Assembly: GCA_947491605.1 (NCBI GenBank)
Contig: CANLJW010000001.1
Span: forward strand, 8,829-72,828
Direction: 5' to 3'
Source: Actinomycetota bacterium
GTDB lineage: Bacteria; Actinomycetota; Actinomycetes; Nanopelagicales; Nanopelagicaceae
Length of the DNA stretch: 64,000 bases
The notes under the pieces are model-generated. The model made no database searches. It saw only the letters and a program-made list of their open reading frames with translations, and was not told where the DNA came from. The translations under genes and the position numbers were made by a program. Shown here piece after piece: positions 11,943-21,752 of this stretch (position 1 is its first letter; each line of letters starts with the position of its first letter).

Positions 11943-12024
11943 CGTTTTTTGCTGGTTAAGCCATGGGTAGGATTCAGGTATTGCTTCACGAAATGTGAAG
12001 GTGCAAATTGAGAGAGGTTCTAAT

Positions 12025-12981
12025 ATGGCCAGATCCGGAAAAGTCACAGTAGTCGGAGCTGGTTTTTATGGCTCTACCACCGCGCTTCGCTTAGCAGAGT
12101 ATGACGTTTTTGAAACTGTGGTTTTAACTGACATTGTTGAAGGTAAACCAGAAGGTCTTGCCCTGGATATGAACCAATCTCGTTCAATCGAAAATTTTGA
12201 AACTAAAGTTATTGGCGCAACTACAACCGCAGATGGTGGCGGATATGAAGCTACTGCAAACTCGGATGTAGTTGTAATTACTGCAGGACTTCCGCGCAAA
12301 CCAGGTATGAGCCGTATGGATTTGATTGGCGTTAATGCTGGCATCGTTCGTGGCGTTGCTGAAAACGTTGCAAAACATTCGCCGAACGCGGTAATCATCG
12401 TGGTTTCAAACCCGCTAGATGAAATGACTGCACTTGCTCAACTTGCGACTAACTTTCCAAAACATCGCGTAATGGGACAAGCAGGAATGTTAGATACCGC
12501 AAGATTTACCCACTTTGTGGCCGAGAAGTTACAAGTTCCGGTTTCAACTGTAAAAACTTTAACTTTAGGTTCGCATGGCGAAACCATGGTGCCAGTTCCA
12601 AGTCGATGCACAGTTGATGGCAAGCCACTTTCAGATCGGCTCTCTGAAGTAGAAATTGCAGAACTTGTAGATCGCACTCGTAATGGTGGCGCAGAAGTTG
12701 TAGCGCTTCTTAAAACTGGTTCTGCATATTACGCACCATCAGCGGCTGCAGCCCGAATGGCAAAAGCTGTGATTGAAGATTCTGGCGCAGTCATGCCGGT
12801 CTGCGCGTGGGTAGATGGCGAATATGGGATTAGCGGTGTTTATCTAGGTGTGGAGGCTGAAATTGGCCGCACCGGTATTAAGAAAGTTGTGGAAGGTAAG
12901 TTATCCGACACTGAAATTGCAGCGTTAAAAATTGCAGCTGAAGCTGTCCGAGCAAAACAAGCCGACGTTAAAGATTTATAA
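12025..12981 (+). CDS. mdh: malate dehydrogenase (LDH-like, NAD-dependent)
   Basis: ATG 12025 with GAGAGG SD. KVTVVGAGFYGSTTA Rossmann motif, ITAGLPRKPGMSRMDL, GSHGETMVP. Resembles Bacillus-type Mdh. Confidence 0.93.
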   Translation: MARSGKVTVVGAGFYGSTTALRLAEYDVFETVVLTDIVEGKPEGLALDMNQSRSIENFETKVIGATTTADGGGYEATANSDVVVITAGLPRKPGMSRMDLIGVNAGIVRGVAENVAKHSPNAVIIVVSNPLDEMTALAQLATNFPKHRVMGQAGMLDTARFTHFVAEKLQVPVSTVKTLTLGSHGETMVPVPSRCTVDGKPLSDRLSEVEIAELVDRTRNGGAEVVALLKTGSAYYAPSAAAARMAKAVIEDSGAVMPVCAWVDGEYGISGVYLGVEAEIGRTGIKKVVEGKLSDTEIAALKIAAEAVRAKQADVKDL

Positions 12982-13005
12982 ACGGAAATCAAAGGGAGAT
13001 AGCCG

Positions 13006-14220
13006 ATGTCCAAGCTCAAAGTCGAAGGAACTATTGTTGAATTAGATGGCGATGAGATGACCAGAATTATCTGGCACTTCATTAAAGACCAGCTAATCCT
13101 CCCTTATTTAGATCTCAACATTGATTACTACGACTTGGGCATCGAACATCGTGATGCAACCGACGATCAAGTAACTATCGATAGCGCGCACGCGATTCAA
13201 AAACATGGCGTTGGCGTTAAGTGCGCAACCATCACTCCAGATGAAGCTCGAGTTGAAGAATTTGGCTTAAAGAAGATGTGGAAATCGCCTAATGGCACTG
13301 TGCGAAATATCTTAGGCGGCGTAATTTTCCGCGAACCAATTATTATCAAGAATGTACCAAGGTTAGTTCCACATTGGAGCAAACCAATCGTGATTGGTCG
13401 CCATGCATTTGGTGATCAATATCGGGCGACAGATTTCTTAGTACCAAGTAAAGGAAAGTTGACCGTAACGTTCACGCCAGAAGATGGTTCCAAACCGATG
13501 GAATTCAACGTATTTGATTTCCCAAGTTCTGGTATTGCAATGACAATGTACAACTTAGATAGCTCGATTCGAGATTTTGCGCGGGCGTCATTCAATTACG
13601 GCTTATCTCGGAAATACCCAGTATTTCTCTCAACAAAGAACACAATTCTTAAAGCTTATGATGGTCGCTTTAAAGATTTATTCGAAGAAATTTTTAACTC
13701 CGAGTTTAAAGCTGAATTCGATAAGCAAGGGCTTACTTATGAACACCGTTTAATTGACGACATGGTGGCAACATCACTTCGTTGGGAAGGTGGCTACATA
13801 TGGGCTTGCAAGAATTACGACGGTGATGTGCAATCCGATACCGTCGCACAAGGTTATGGCTCACTTGGTCTAATGACCTCAGTACTTATGACTCCAGATG
13901 GACGCACTGTCGAAGCAGAAGCAGCTCATGGAACAGTTACCCGCCATTATCGCGATCACCAAAAAGGCAAACCAACTTCAACTAATCCAATCGCTTCGAT
14001 TTTTGCTTGGACCCAAGGACTACAACACCGTGCAAAATTGGATAACACTCCAGCAGTTGGCGAATTTGCTAAGACTTTAGAGAGAGTTTGTATCGAAACT
14101 GTTGAGAGCGGGAAGATGACAAAGGACCTTGCGCTATTAATAAGTAAAGATGCGCCTTGGCAGAATACCCAAGAGTTCTTAGCCTCTATCGACGATAACC
14201 TTAAGAAAGCGATGAAATAG
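13006..14220 (+). CDS. icd: NADP-dependent isocitrate dehydrogenase (homodimeric, eukaryote-like subfamily)
   Basis: 404 aa. [46 protein letters not shown]. Confidence 0.96.
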   Translation: MSKLKVEGTIVELDGDEMTRIIWHFIKDQLILPYLDLNIDYYDLGIEHRDATDDQVTIDSAHAIQKHGVGVKCATITPDEARVEEFGLKKMWKSPNGTVRNILGGVIFREPIIIKNVPRLVPHWSKPIVIGRHAFGDQYRATDFLVPSKGKLTVTFTPEDGSKPMEFNVFDFPSSGIAMTMYNLDSSIRDFARASFNYGLSRKYPVFLSTKNTILKAYDGRFKDLFEEIFNSEFKAEFDKQGLTYEHRLIDDMVATSLRWEGGYIWACKNYDGDVQSDTVAQGYGSLGLMTSVLMTPDGRTVEAEAAHGTVTRHYRDHQKGKPTSTNPIASIFAWTQGLQHRAKLDNTPAVGEFAKTLERVCIETVESGKMTKDLALLISKDAPWQNTQEFLASIDDNLKKAMK

Positions 14221-14228
14221 CTAGAAAA

Positions 14229-15320
14229 CTATTTCTTATCTAACCGCTCACCATCTGCAGCGCTGAATAGGTGAACTGCTGTTGGATTTGCAGCGACAGA
14301 GACAGTTGAACCTGGCTTTGGCGGATTCTTAGGATCCCAGCGAACAATTACTTGTGCGCCTTCGTCACCACTATTTGCAAACTTAAGTGCTGGATCAACC
14401 GGCTTTCCGTAAACGTAAGCATCGGCACCAAGTTCTTCAACAACTTCGACAATTACATCGAAACCATTTGAAGTTGTTGGGGTAAAGCCTTCGGGACGGA
14501 TACCAACAGTTACTGAGCTACCAGCATTTGCCGGGACGCTAAGTTCGTAATTACCAAGTTTGGCTTTGCCGCCAGATACTGGCGCGATTAACAAGTTCAT
14601 TGCGGGAGATCCGATAAAGCCAGCTACGAATGCATTTGCTGGGTTGTCGTAAAGATTTCGAGGCGTATCAACTTGCTGCAACAAGCCATCTTTCAATACT
14701 GCGACGCGATCTCCCATAGTCATAGCTTCAACTTGGTCATGTGTTACATAAACCGTGGTGATTCCAAGACGACGTTGTAGCGCGGCAATTTGAGTACGAG
14801 TTGCAACGCGAAGTTTCGCATCAAGATTTGAAAGCGGCTCATCCATTAAGAACACTTGTGGTTCACGGACAATCGCACGACCCATGGCAACGCGCTGGCG
14901 TTGTCCACCAGAAAGTGCTTTTGGCTTACGTTCTAAATATGGTTCTAGATCTAATAATTTTGCAGCTTCACTAACGCGACGTGCCCGTTCTTCTTTTGCA
15001 ACGCCGGCAATTTTTAGCGCGAAGCCCATGTTTTCAGCAACAGTCATGTGTGGGTATAGCGCGTATGACTGGAAGACCATTGCGATGTCGCGGTCTTTTG
15101 GTGCCACGTTAGTAACGTCACGATCACCAATAAAAATTGCGCCATTATCAATTTCTTCTAATCCGGCGAGCATGCGTAGCGATGTAGATTTTCCGCAACC
15201 AGATGGTCCGACTAAAACTAAAAACTCACCATCGTTAACAGTGAGATTTAATTTATTTACTGCTGGTGCAGTTGTTCCTGGATAGATGCGAGTTGCATCT
15301 TTAAATACGACAGATGCCAT
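14229..15320 (-). CDS. msiK: orphan sugar-ABC-importer ATPase (MsiK/UgpC/MalK family)
   Basis: ATG 15320 with GAAGGAG SD gives MASVVFKDATRIY. Walker A GPSGCGKST, signature LSGGQRQR, Walker B FLMDEPLS, MalK-type C-terminal regulatory domain. No cognate permease or binding protein adjacent. Confidence 0.88.
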   Translation of the reverse strand: MASVVFKDATRIYPGTTAPAVNKLNLTVNDGEFLVLVGPSGCGKSTSLRMLAGLEEIDNGAIFIGDRDVTNVAPKDRDIAMVFQSYALYPHMTVAENMGFALKIAGVAKEERARRVSEAAKLLDLEPYLERKPKALSGGQRQRVAMGRAIVREPQVFLMDEPLSNLDAKLRVATRTQIAALQRRLGITTVYVTHDQVEAMTMGDRVAVLKDGLLQQVDTPRNLYDNPANAFVAGFIGSPAMNLLIAPVSGGKAKLGNYELSVPANAGSSVTVGIRPEGFTPTTSNGFDVIVEVVEELGADAYVYGKPVDPALKFANSGDEGAQVIVRWDPKNPPKPGSTVSVAANPTAVHLFSAADGERLDKK

Positions 15321-15430
15321 GAGGCAAACTCCTTCTCCGGGCAGGTACGTGCCCGACGTTCCGTTGGATGAAGGTCTAGCAGTGGCAACGATGCCAATCA
15401 CTAGGCCACATAGGCATTTGCCGCCGTGGC
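15321..15430 (-). ncRNA. structured 5' leader of msiK, candidate msiK RNA motif
   Basis: Minus-strand RNA: long imperfect hairpin (15427-15380), CCUUC anti-SD (15374-15370), and hairpin CGGGCA/UGCCCG (15355-15338) abutting the SD GAAGGAG (15335-15329). Putative -10 TAACCT at 15442-15437. Confidence 0.4.
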
Positions 15431-15474
15431 AGGCGAAGGTTATCGAGCGGAAGCGGGAAAAGAAAGCGCACCGT

Positions 15475-15480
15475 TACTCT
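15475..15480 (+). promoter_or_regulatory. -10-like TANNNT hexamer, candidate leaderless promoter of the CNNM/CorC gene
   Basis: TACTCT, then a 7-nt spacer, then GTG 15488. No SD. Confidence 0.45.
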
Positions 15481-15487
15481 TAGCACC

Positions 15488-16840
15488 GTGGATAACCCTC
15501 AACCGATACTTCAGCTTTCCTTCGGCGAGCTCTTTCTCGATATCGGAATTGTCCTTTTCTTTATCACGCTCGGAGGCATCTTTGTTGCAGCCGAAATTGC
15601 GTTGATTTCACTGCGCGATAGCCAAGTGCGACAGTTGGCCACCAAAGGTAAACGCGGCGCAAAAGTCGCGGAGTTAGTTAAGAACCCAAACCGGTTTTTA
15701 GCAGCAGTACAGGTCGGCGTAACTTTCTCTGGCTTTCTATCCGCAGCGCTAGGCGCAGAGCGCATCGGTAAATATGTAGAACCTGAGCTTCAAGATATTG
15801 GGGTATCTGAAAAGTACTCCGCAACGCTTTCGCTCATACTTCTAACAATCGTGATCGCATACATTTCCTTGATATTTGGCGAGTTGGTACCTAAACGGTT
15901 AGCGCTGCATCGAACTGAATTTTTAGCGCTCGCTTTCGCTAATAGCGTTGACTTGTTGGCACGATTTTTCCGTCCGATTATTTGGCTGCTTTCGCATTCA
16001 ACCGACTTTGTGGTTCGACTTTTTGGGCTAGATCCAAAAGCTAAACGCGCAGATATCTCGGAAGCAGAGCTATTGGATTTAGTTTCTGGCCATGCCGCTT
16101 TGACTGACCAAGAGCGCGATATTGTGGAAGAAGTTTTCAATGCTAGTGAAACTTTAATTCATGAAATCATGGTGCCCCGTATCGAAGTTGATTTCCTTGA
16201 TGCCAGCCTTTCAATTGCGCAAGCAATTCGAATTGCGGTAGATAAGTCGCATTCACGTTACCCAGTAGTCCGCGGCACTAGCGATGAAGTAATTGGGTTT
16301 ATCCATGTTCGAGACTTACTTGATCCAGAACTTAGCGGAAAAGATTTAACAATTTTAGAGTGCATTAGAAATGTGATTTTCCTACCCGGAACCAAAGGGG
16401 TATTGCCAGCACTTACTGAGATGCGTGCAGCCCGCCAACAGATTGCCATTGTTTTAGACGAGTACGGCGGCACCGATGGCATCGTTACCTTAGAAGATTT
16501 AGTTGAGTGCTTAATTGGTGATATTCATGATGAATATGACGTTCCAGAAACTGACCCACAAAATCTAAACCGAAGTGGCGATTTTGAAGTGGATGGTTTA
16601 ATAACACTCGATGATTTCAAAGACGAGACCGGTGTCGACTTACCAGAAGGCCCATACGAAACTCTTAGCGGTTTTGTCATGCATTTCTTAGGGCGTTTGC
16701 CCGTTACACATGACGTAGTTCGGGTAAATGGCGCGCGAATTACTGTACTAACAATGATAGGTAAGCGAGCTGGGAATCTATTAATTTCGCGGGAGAGCGG
16801 CCATCCTAAAGAACTCTGGAAAGATAGTGCCTATGAATAG
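15488..16840 (+). CDS. CNNM/HlyC-CorC family transporter (DUF21 + CBS pair + CorC_HlyC)
   Basis: N-terminal 4-TM DUF21 region, CBS pair (IMVPRIEV ... GFIHVRDLL), and C-terminal transporter-associated domain with DGLITLDDF. Confidence 0.9.
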   Translation: MDNPQPILQLSFGELFLDIGIVLFFITLGGIFVAAEIALISLRDSQVRQLATKGKRGAKVAELVKNPNRFLAAVQVGVTFSGFLSAALGAERIGKYVEPELQDIGVSEKYSATLSLILLTIVIAYISLIFGELVPKRLALHRTEFLALAFANSVDLLARFFRPIIWLLSHSTDFVVRLFGLDPKAKRADISEAELLDLVSGHAALTDQERDIVEEVFNASETLIHEIMVPRIEVDFLDASLSIAQAIRIAVDKSHSRYPVVRGTSDEVIGFIHVRDLLDPELSGKDLTILECIRNVIFLPGTKGVLPALTEMRAARQQIAIVLDEYGGTDGIVTLEDLVECLIGDIHDEYDVPETDPQNLNRSGDFEVDGLITLDDFKDETGVDLPEGPYETLSGFVMHFLGRLPVTHDVVRVNGARITVLTMIGKRAGNLLISRESGHPKELWKDSAYE

Positions 16841-17846
16841 CTCTCGAAAACGAGTTCTCTCTGGAATTCAACCAACCGCTGATTCTTTTCATTTAGGCAA
16901 TTACTTAGGTGCGGTAAAACAATGGGTAGCTTTGCAAGAAACTCATGATGCTTTTTATTGCGTAGTTGATTTGCATGCACTTACTGTTGAAACCGAGCCA
17001 AAACTTTTTAGAAAACGCACCCTGCTCGCCGCAGCCCAATTAATTGCACTTGGTTTAGATCCGGAACGATGCACGCTTTTTATTCAATCTAATGTACATG
17101 AACATAATCAATTGGCTTGGGTTTTGGAATGTCTAACTGGATTTGGGGAAGCTAGCCGGATGACCCAATTCAAAGATAAGTCTCAAAAATCTGGTTCCGA
17201 TAGAACCGTTGTGGGGCTTTTTACATATCCAATTTTACAAGCTGCGGACATATTGCTCTATCAGCCCCAGTATGTTCCGGTCGGTGAAGATCAACGCCAA
17301 CATATTGAACTAACTCGAGATCTGAGCCAACGTTTTAATTCTCGCTACGGTGAAACTTTCGTACTGCCAGAGGCATACATAATCAAAGGATCTGCCAAAG
17401 TAAATGATCTGCAAGATCCAACTTCTAAAATGAGTAAATCATCAGATTCTGCCGCAGGCATAATAGACATAATGGATGCCCCGGAAATAAATGCTAAGAA
17501 GATTAAGAGCTCGGTAACCGATGCTGAGCGCGAAATTAGATTCGACGAGAAGAATAAAGCTGGAATATCCAATTTACTAACGATTTACGCTTCGCTAACT
17601 GGCAAATCTATTTTGGAGAGCGAAGCAGATTTTACTGGTAAAGGATACGGAGATTTCAAAAGCGGAGTTGCTGATGTTGTAACTGAATATTTCTCACCTG
17701 TGCGAAAACGAACTTTGGAATTATTAGAAGATGAAGCTGGCCTTTTAAAATTACTCAAAGCTGGAAGCGAAAAAGCTGAAGCCGTGGCTTCCCAAACCTT
17801 AACTAAAGTTTATGATGCAATGGGAGTTGTACCACGTGGCAAATAA
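16833..17846 (+). CDS. trpS: tryptophan--tRNA ligase
   Basis: ATG 16833 overlaps the upstream stop. [13 protein letters not shown] (HIGH-type motif) and KMSKS motif present verbatim. Confidence 0.95.
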   Translation: MNSSRKRVLSGIQPTADSFHLGNYLGAVKQWVALQETHDAFYCVVDLHALTVETEPKLFRKRTLLAAAQLIALGLDPERCTLFIQSNVHEHNQLAWVLECLTGFGEASRMTQFKDKSQKSGSDRTVVGLFTYPILQAADILLYQPQYVPVGEDQRQHIELTRDLSQRFNSRYGETFVLPEAYIIKGSAKVNDLQDPTSKMSKSSDSAAGIIDIMDAPEINAKKIKSSVTDAEREIRFDEKNKAGISNLLTIYASLTGKSILESEADFTGKGYGDFKSGVADVVTEYFSPVRKRTLELLEDEAGLLKLLKAGSEKAEAVASQTLTKVYDAMGVVPRGK

Positions 17847-19398
17847 GCACTTCAATTCAGAGTCAGATATTCCATTCTCCGATACGCCGCGAAATATTCC
17901 AAGTGAAAAAGCAGGTGCATATCCATATACTCGCGGCATTTATGAAACCATGTACAAAAATAAACCTTGGACGATGCGGCAATACGCGGGCTTTGGTAGC
18001 GCGGAAGAATCCAATAAGCGATATAAAGAATTGGTCGAAGCTGGCACCGGTGGTCTATCGGTTGCATTTGACCTACCAACCCAAATGGGAATGGATTCAG
18101 ATGCGCCATTAGCGCTAGACGAAGTTGGCAAAGTTGGCGTCGCAATTGATTCACTTGCCGACATGCGCCGACTTTTTGATGGATTGCCGCTAGATAAAAT
18201 TTCAACATCAATGACGATAAATGCACCGGCTGCAATTTTGTTATTGATGTATCAATTAGTTGCAGAAGAGCGCGGCATCTCTGGTTCGGCGCTACAAGGC
18301 ACAATTCAAAACGATGTATTAAAAGAATATATAGCCCGTGGAACTTATATTTTTCCACCCAGCCCATCGCTCCGATTGATTACCGACATTTTTAGCTATT
18401 GCCAAAAAGAATTACCAAAATGGAACACAATTTCAATATCTGGTTATCACATTGGCGAAGCTGGTGCGACGCCGGTTCAAGAAATAGCTTTTACGTTGAG
18501 CGATGCAATTGCTTATGTAAAAGCAGCCGTGGCTGCTGGGTTAGATGTAGATGAATTCGCACCTCGGCTCTCGTTTTTCTTTGTTTCCCGCACCACCCTG
18601 ATTGAAGAAGTAGCTAAATTCCGAGCCGCTCGCCAAGTTTGGGCACGAATTATGAAAGATAAATTTGGCGCTAAGTCTGAAAAATCGATGCAACTTAGAT
18701 TTCATACCCAAACTGCTGGCGTCCAACTAACTGCCCAACAACCTGAAGTGAATTTGGTTCGGGTCACTATTCAAGCTCTCGCTGCAACATTAGGCGGCAC
18801 CCAATCACTTCACACTAACTCATTTGATGAAGCACTTGCACTTCCAAGCGATAAAGCGGCGCGATTAGCGCTTCGAACCCAACAAGTTATTGCTAACGAA
18901 ACCGATATTACAAAAGTTGTGGATCCATTCGCTGGTTCATATGTGGTGGAGAACTTAACGGCTGATCTCGTTAAAGAGATTGAAGCGTTAATTGAAAAAA
19001 TTGAAAAAATGGGTGGCGCAGTAGCTGCGATCGAAACCGGCTTTCAAAAACGTGAAATCGAAAATAGCGCATATATAATTTCCCAAGAAATTGATAATCA
19101 AGAACGGATAATTGTTGGCGTAAATGATTTTGTCACACAAAACGATCTCGCTCCAAACCTGCATAAATTAGACCCAGAAGTAGGCAACGAACAACGTAAG
19201 CGATTGGCAGAACATCGGACTAACCGGAAAAACGATGAATTCTTAAATTCGTTAGCGGAGATAACTCGCGTGGCTAGCGGCTCGGAAAACGTGATGCCAG
19301 CCTTGAAATCTGCGATCAAAGCGGGAGCTACTGTCGGAGAAATTTGCGATGCGCTACGAAAAGTGTGGGGCGTATACCGTTCAACCGAAGCGTTTTAA
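17812..19398 (+). CDS. methylmalonyl-CoA mutase large (catalytic) subunit, lacks B12-binding domain
   Basis: [49 protein letters not shown] (Tyr and Arg characteristic of MCM), [18 protein letters not shown]. Ends after the linker with no DxHxxG domain. Start is uncertain (ATG 17812 or GTG 17836; overlaps trpS). Confidence 0.92.
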   Translation: MMQWELYHVANKHFNSESDIPFSDTPRNIPSEKAGAYPYTRGIYETMYKNKPWTMRQYAGFGSAEESNKRYKELVEAGTGGLSVAFDLPTQMGMDSDAPLALDEVGKVGVAIDSLADMRRLFDGLPLDKISTSMTINAPAAILLLMYQLVAEERGISGSALQGTIQNDVLKEYIARGTYIFPPSPSLRLITDIFSYCQKELPKWNTISISGYHIGEAGATPVQEIAFTLSDAIAYVKAAVAAGLDVDEFAPRLSFFFVSRTTLIEEVAKFRAARQVWARIMKDKFGAKSEKSMQLRFHTQTAGVQLTAQQPEVNLVRVTIQALAATLGGTQSLHTNSFDEALALPSDKAARLALRTQQVIANETDITKVVDPFAGSYVVENLTADLVKEIEALIEKIEKMGGAVAAIETGFQKREIENSAYIISQEIDNQERIIVGVNDFVTQNDLAPNLHKLDPEVGNEQRKRLAEHRTNRKNDEFLNSLAEITRVASGSENVMPALKSAIKAGATVGEICDALRKVWGVYRSTEAF

Positions 19399-19402
19399 CC
19401 AG

Positions 19403-20422
19403 ATGCGAACCAAACTTGCTCGAGTATTGATTTCAGTTACGCTTCTAACTTTCTTCTTTACACCAGATAGAACTAATGCAGCTAGCACCGCTCCAACTCC
19501 AGTAAAAATTGCAATTGCGCTAGAAGTTGGTGGCTTAGGCGATAATTCCTTTAATGATGCAGTGGTGAACGCAGCCCGAGCAGTCCAGAAGAAATATAAA
19601 ATTTCCGATTCGTACATCCGAGTAGTTCCTACCGATGGTACTCCGGCAGATCGCTATTCTCGATTAAAATTCTTAGCTAAAGCCGGATATGGATTAATAA
19701 TTGCAATCGGTGCCGATTATGCGCCAGCGATAAAAAGGGCCACTATTGAATTTCCGGATGTCCAATACGCGTTAGTAAATAGCAGCGCGGTCACTGGCAT
19801 GAATGTATCGTGTTTAGTTTTTGCCGAAGCTGAGGCAGCGTTTATAGCTGGAGTTGTCGCTGCGACATCGAGCACTACTGGAAAAGTTGCATATGTGAGC
19901 GATGCCAGCGAAAGCCAATTGCGTTTATATAAAAGTTTTAAACTCGGTGCAGCGTTTGGAAATAAGAATGTACTAACCACCTCAGTTCCGTTCACAGATT
20001 CTGCAATCAATTTGAAAAACGCAATTGCTAATGGAGTTGATTTAATTTATTCAACCCGATTAGTTGATGGCGAAGTGCTGAATTTAGTTGCTAAAGCTAA
20101 TCTAAAGAAACGCAAAGTTTGGTTAATTGCGCAATCCCCAGATCAATATTATGCAAAGTTGCCTACTGCCAAGAAAGAAATTTTAGTAACACTTGATAAA
20201 CGAATTGATCATGCAATTACCGATGTAATAATGTTGGCACTTACTGGTGGATCAATTCTAGGTATTGTCGATGAAATGGAATCGATTTACGGCAGGGTGT
20301 ATAACTTCAGTAATTCCGGTTTGAATTTGAGTTACCTAAACCCTGTGACTGCTGCCACAAAAACTACGGTAAGTCGCGCGATTGCCCAGATCAAGAGCGG
20401 TAAAGTTTCAACTATAGGTTGA
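19403..20422 (+). CDS. BMP/PnrA-family substrate-binding protein, divergent paralogue without lipobox
   Basis: ATG 19403 gives signal peptide MRTKLARVLISVTLLTFFFTPDRTNA with no Cys. BMP motif GGLGDNSFNDA. Confidence 0.8.
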   Translation: MRTKLARVLISVTLLTFFFTPDRTNAASTAPTPVKIAIALEVGGLGDNSFNDAVVNAARAVQKKYKISDSYIRVVPTDGTPADRYSRLKFLAKAGYGLIIAIGADYAPAIKRATIEFPDVQYALVNSSAVTGMNVSCLVFAEAEAAFIAGVVAATSSTTGKVAYVSDASESQLRLYKSFKLGAAFGNKNVLTTSVPFTDSAINLKNAIANGVDLIYSTRLVDGEVLNLVAKANLKKRKVWLIAQSPDQYYAKLPTAKKEILVTLDKRIDHAITDVIMLALTGGSILGIVDEMESIYGRVYNFSNSGLNLSYLNPVTAATKTTVSRAIAQIKSGKVSTIG

Positions 20423-20515
20423 GTGTTTGCCAAGTTGTAACAATAAATGGCACCTCATCCCGATTAAAGGTTTGGCACGGGCGATAAGGTGAGCCAACAA
20501 ATTAACCCCGTAATT

Positions 20516-20539
20516 GAAGCCGTATTCGAAGCGGTTTTC
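20516..20539 (+). repeat. imperfect tandem 12-mer in the BMP leader
   Basis: GAAGCCGTATTC followed directly by GAAGCGGTTTTC (10/12 identical), about 25 nt upstream of the AGGAGG SD. Confidence 0.3.
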
Positions 20540-20563
20540 GATGGGGTTCACAGGAGGAATACA

Positions 20564-21634
20564 TTGAAGAAGTCATTAGTAACCGGATCGATTAAGGCGA
20601 TTGCCGCAGTAGCTGCTTTAACACTGCTCGCAAGTTGTTCTTCATCGTCAGACAGTGCCGCAAAAGTAAAAGCTTGCTTAGCTCTTGATACTGGCGGTGT
20701 TGATGACAAATCATTCAACGCTTCAGCATGGGCTGGCGCACAAGCTGCAGAAGCAGCTGGCGCAGAAGTTAAATACCTTGCTGCAACTTCAGATGCAGAT
20801 TACGCACCGAACATTAAGAAGCTCGTAGACGAGGGTTGCAACATCGTTATCGGTGTTGGTTTCTTAATTAATGGCGCAATTGTTGAAGCTGCTAAAGCTA
20901 ATCCAGATACCAAGTTCGCAATCGTTGACCAAGACGGTAAAGACCATGGTCCAGCTGGAGATCAATACCCAGGTGCAGTCCTTGACAACCTACAGGGAAT
21001 TGAATTCGCAACTAACCAAGCAGCATTCCAAGCTGGCTACCTCGCAGCTGGATATTCAAAGACCGGAAAAGTTGCAACATACGGCGGATTAAATATTCCA
21101 CCAGTTAGCATCTTCATGGACGGCTTTGCTCGCGGCGTTGCTTACTACAACACTGTAAAAGGTAAAAAAGTTGTTGTACTCGGATGGGATGTTGCTAAGA
21201 AAGATGGAACATTCGTTGGTGGTTTCTCGGATCAAGCAAAAGCACTTCAGATCTCAAAGAACTTTGAGCAACAAGGTGCAGATGTGATTTTCCCAGTAGC
21301 TGGTGGCCTTGGTGCTGCAACAGCTAACCAATCAATGACTGGTGGCAAGTCTGTAACTATCTGGGTTGATACAGATGGTTTCGTACAGGCTCCACAATTT
21401 GCTTCAGTCCTTCTTACATCAGTTGTAAAGGGTGTTGGAACTTCAGTAACAGCAGCTATTCAATCTGTTATTGATGGCAACTTCTCCGCAACTAACTACC
21501 TAGGTACTTTAGAGAACCAAGGAACATTCTTGGCTCCGTACCATGATTTGGAATCAACAGTTGATGCCACATTGGCAGCAGAAGTTGAACAACTTGGTGC
21601 AGATATCACTGCTGGCACAGTCGCGGTTTCCTAA
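20564..21634 (+). CDS. BMP/PnrA-family nucleoside-binding lipoprotein
   Basis: TTG 20564 lies 6 nt after AGGAGG. Lipobox LLASC. LDTGGVDDKSFNASAW motif. Confidence 0.9.
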   Translation: MKKSLVTGSIKAIAAVAALTLLASCSSSSDSAAKVKACLALDTGGVDDKSFNASAWAGAQAAEAAGAEVKYLAATSDADYAPNIKKLVDEGCNIVIGVGFLINGAIVEAAKANPDTKFAIVDQDGKDHGPAGDQYPGAVLDNLQGIEFATNQAAFQAGYLAAGYSKTGKVATYGGLNIPPVSIFMDGFARGVAYYNTVKGKKVVVLGWDVAKKDGTFVGGFSDQAKALQISKNFEQQGADVIFPVAGGLGAATANQSMTGGKSVTIWVDTDGFVQAPQFASVLLTSVVKGVGTSVTAAIQSVIDGNFSATNYLGTLENQGTFLAPYHDLESTVDATLAAEVEQLGADITAGTVAVS

Positions 21635-21677
21635 ACGAAATCAGCTACAAACCAGTAGTAACTAAGCAGTAAGAATT

Positions 21678-21714
21678 AAGCTGGGCGGGTTTTTAACTCG
21701 CCCAGCTTATTTTC
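21678..21714 (+). terminator. rho-independent terminator/attenuator after the binding-protein gene
   Basis: Perfect 10-bp stem AAGCTGGGCG/CGCCCAGCTT with an 11-nt loop, followed by ATTTT. Confidence 0.75.
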
Positions 21715-21752
21715 GTATAGGTTAGGGATTAAGAAATGGACGAAAGGTAAAA

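Noticed and set aside
11984-12000. Inverted repeat CTTCAC-GAAAT-GTGAAG upstream of mdh.
   Set aside because: It has only 6-bp arms and could easily arise by chance. There is no second copy in the window and no regulator to link it to.
15286-15483. 65-aa + strand ORF spanning the msiK start and leader.
   Set aside because: It starts inside the msiK coding region, has no SD, and its translation is an Arg/Pro-rich shadow. The region is better explained as an RNA leader.
20489-20563. GTG 20489 as the start of the BMP lipoprotein (25 extra residues).
   Set aside because: It would place a non-hydrophobic extension ahead of the signal peptide. TTG 20564 has an optimal AGGAGG SD and gives a standard lipoprotein signal (MKKSL...LLASC).
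20423-20563. Possible purine or 2'-deoxyguanosine riboswitch upstream of the nucleoside-binding lipoprotein.
   Set aside because: I could not find the conserved three-way-junction core or loop-loop motifs of purine riboswitches. Only short, weak stems are present.
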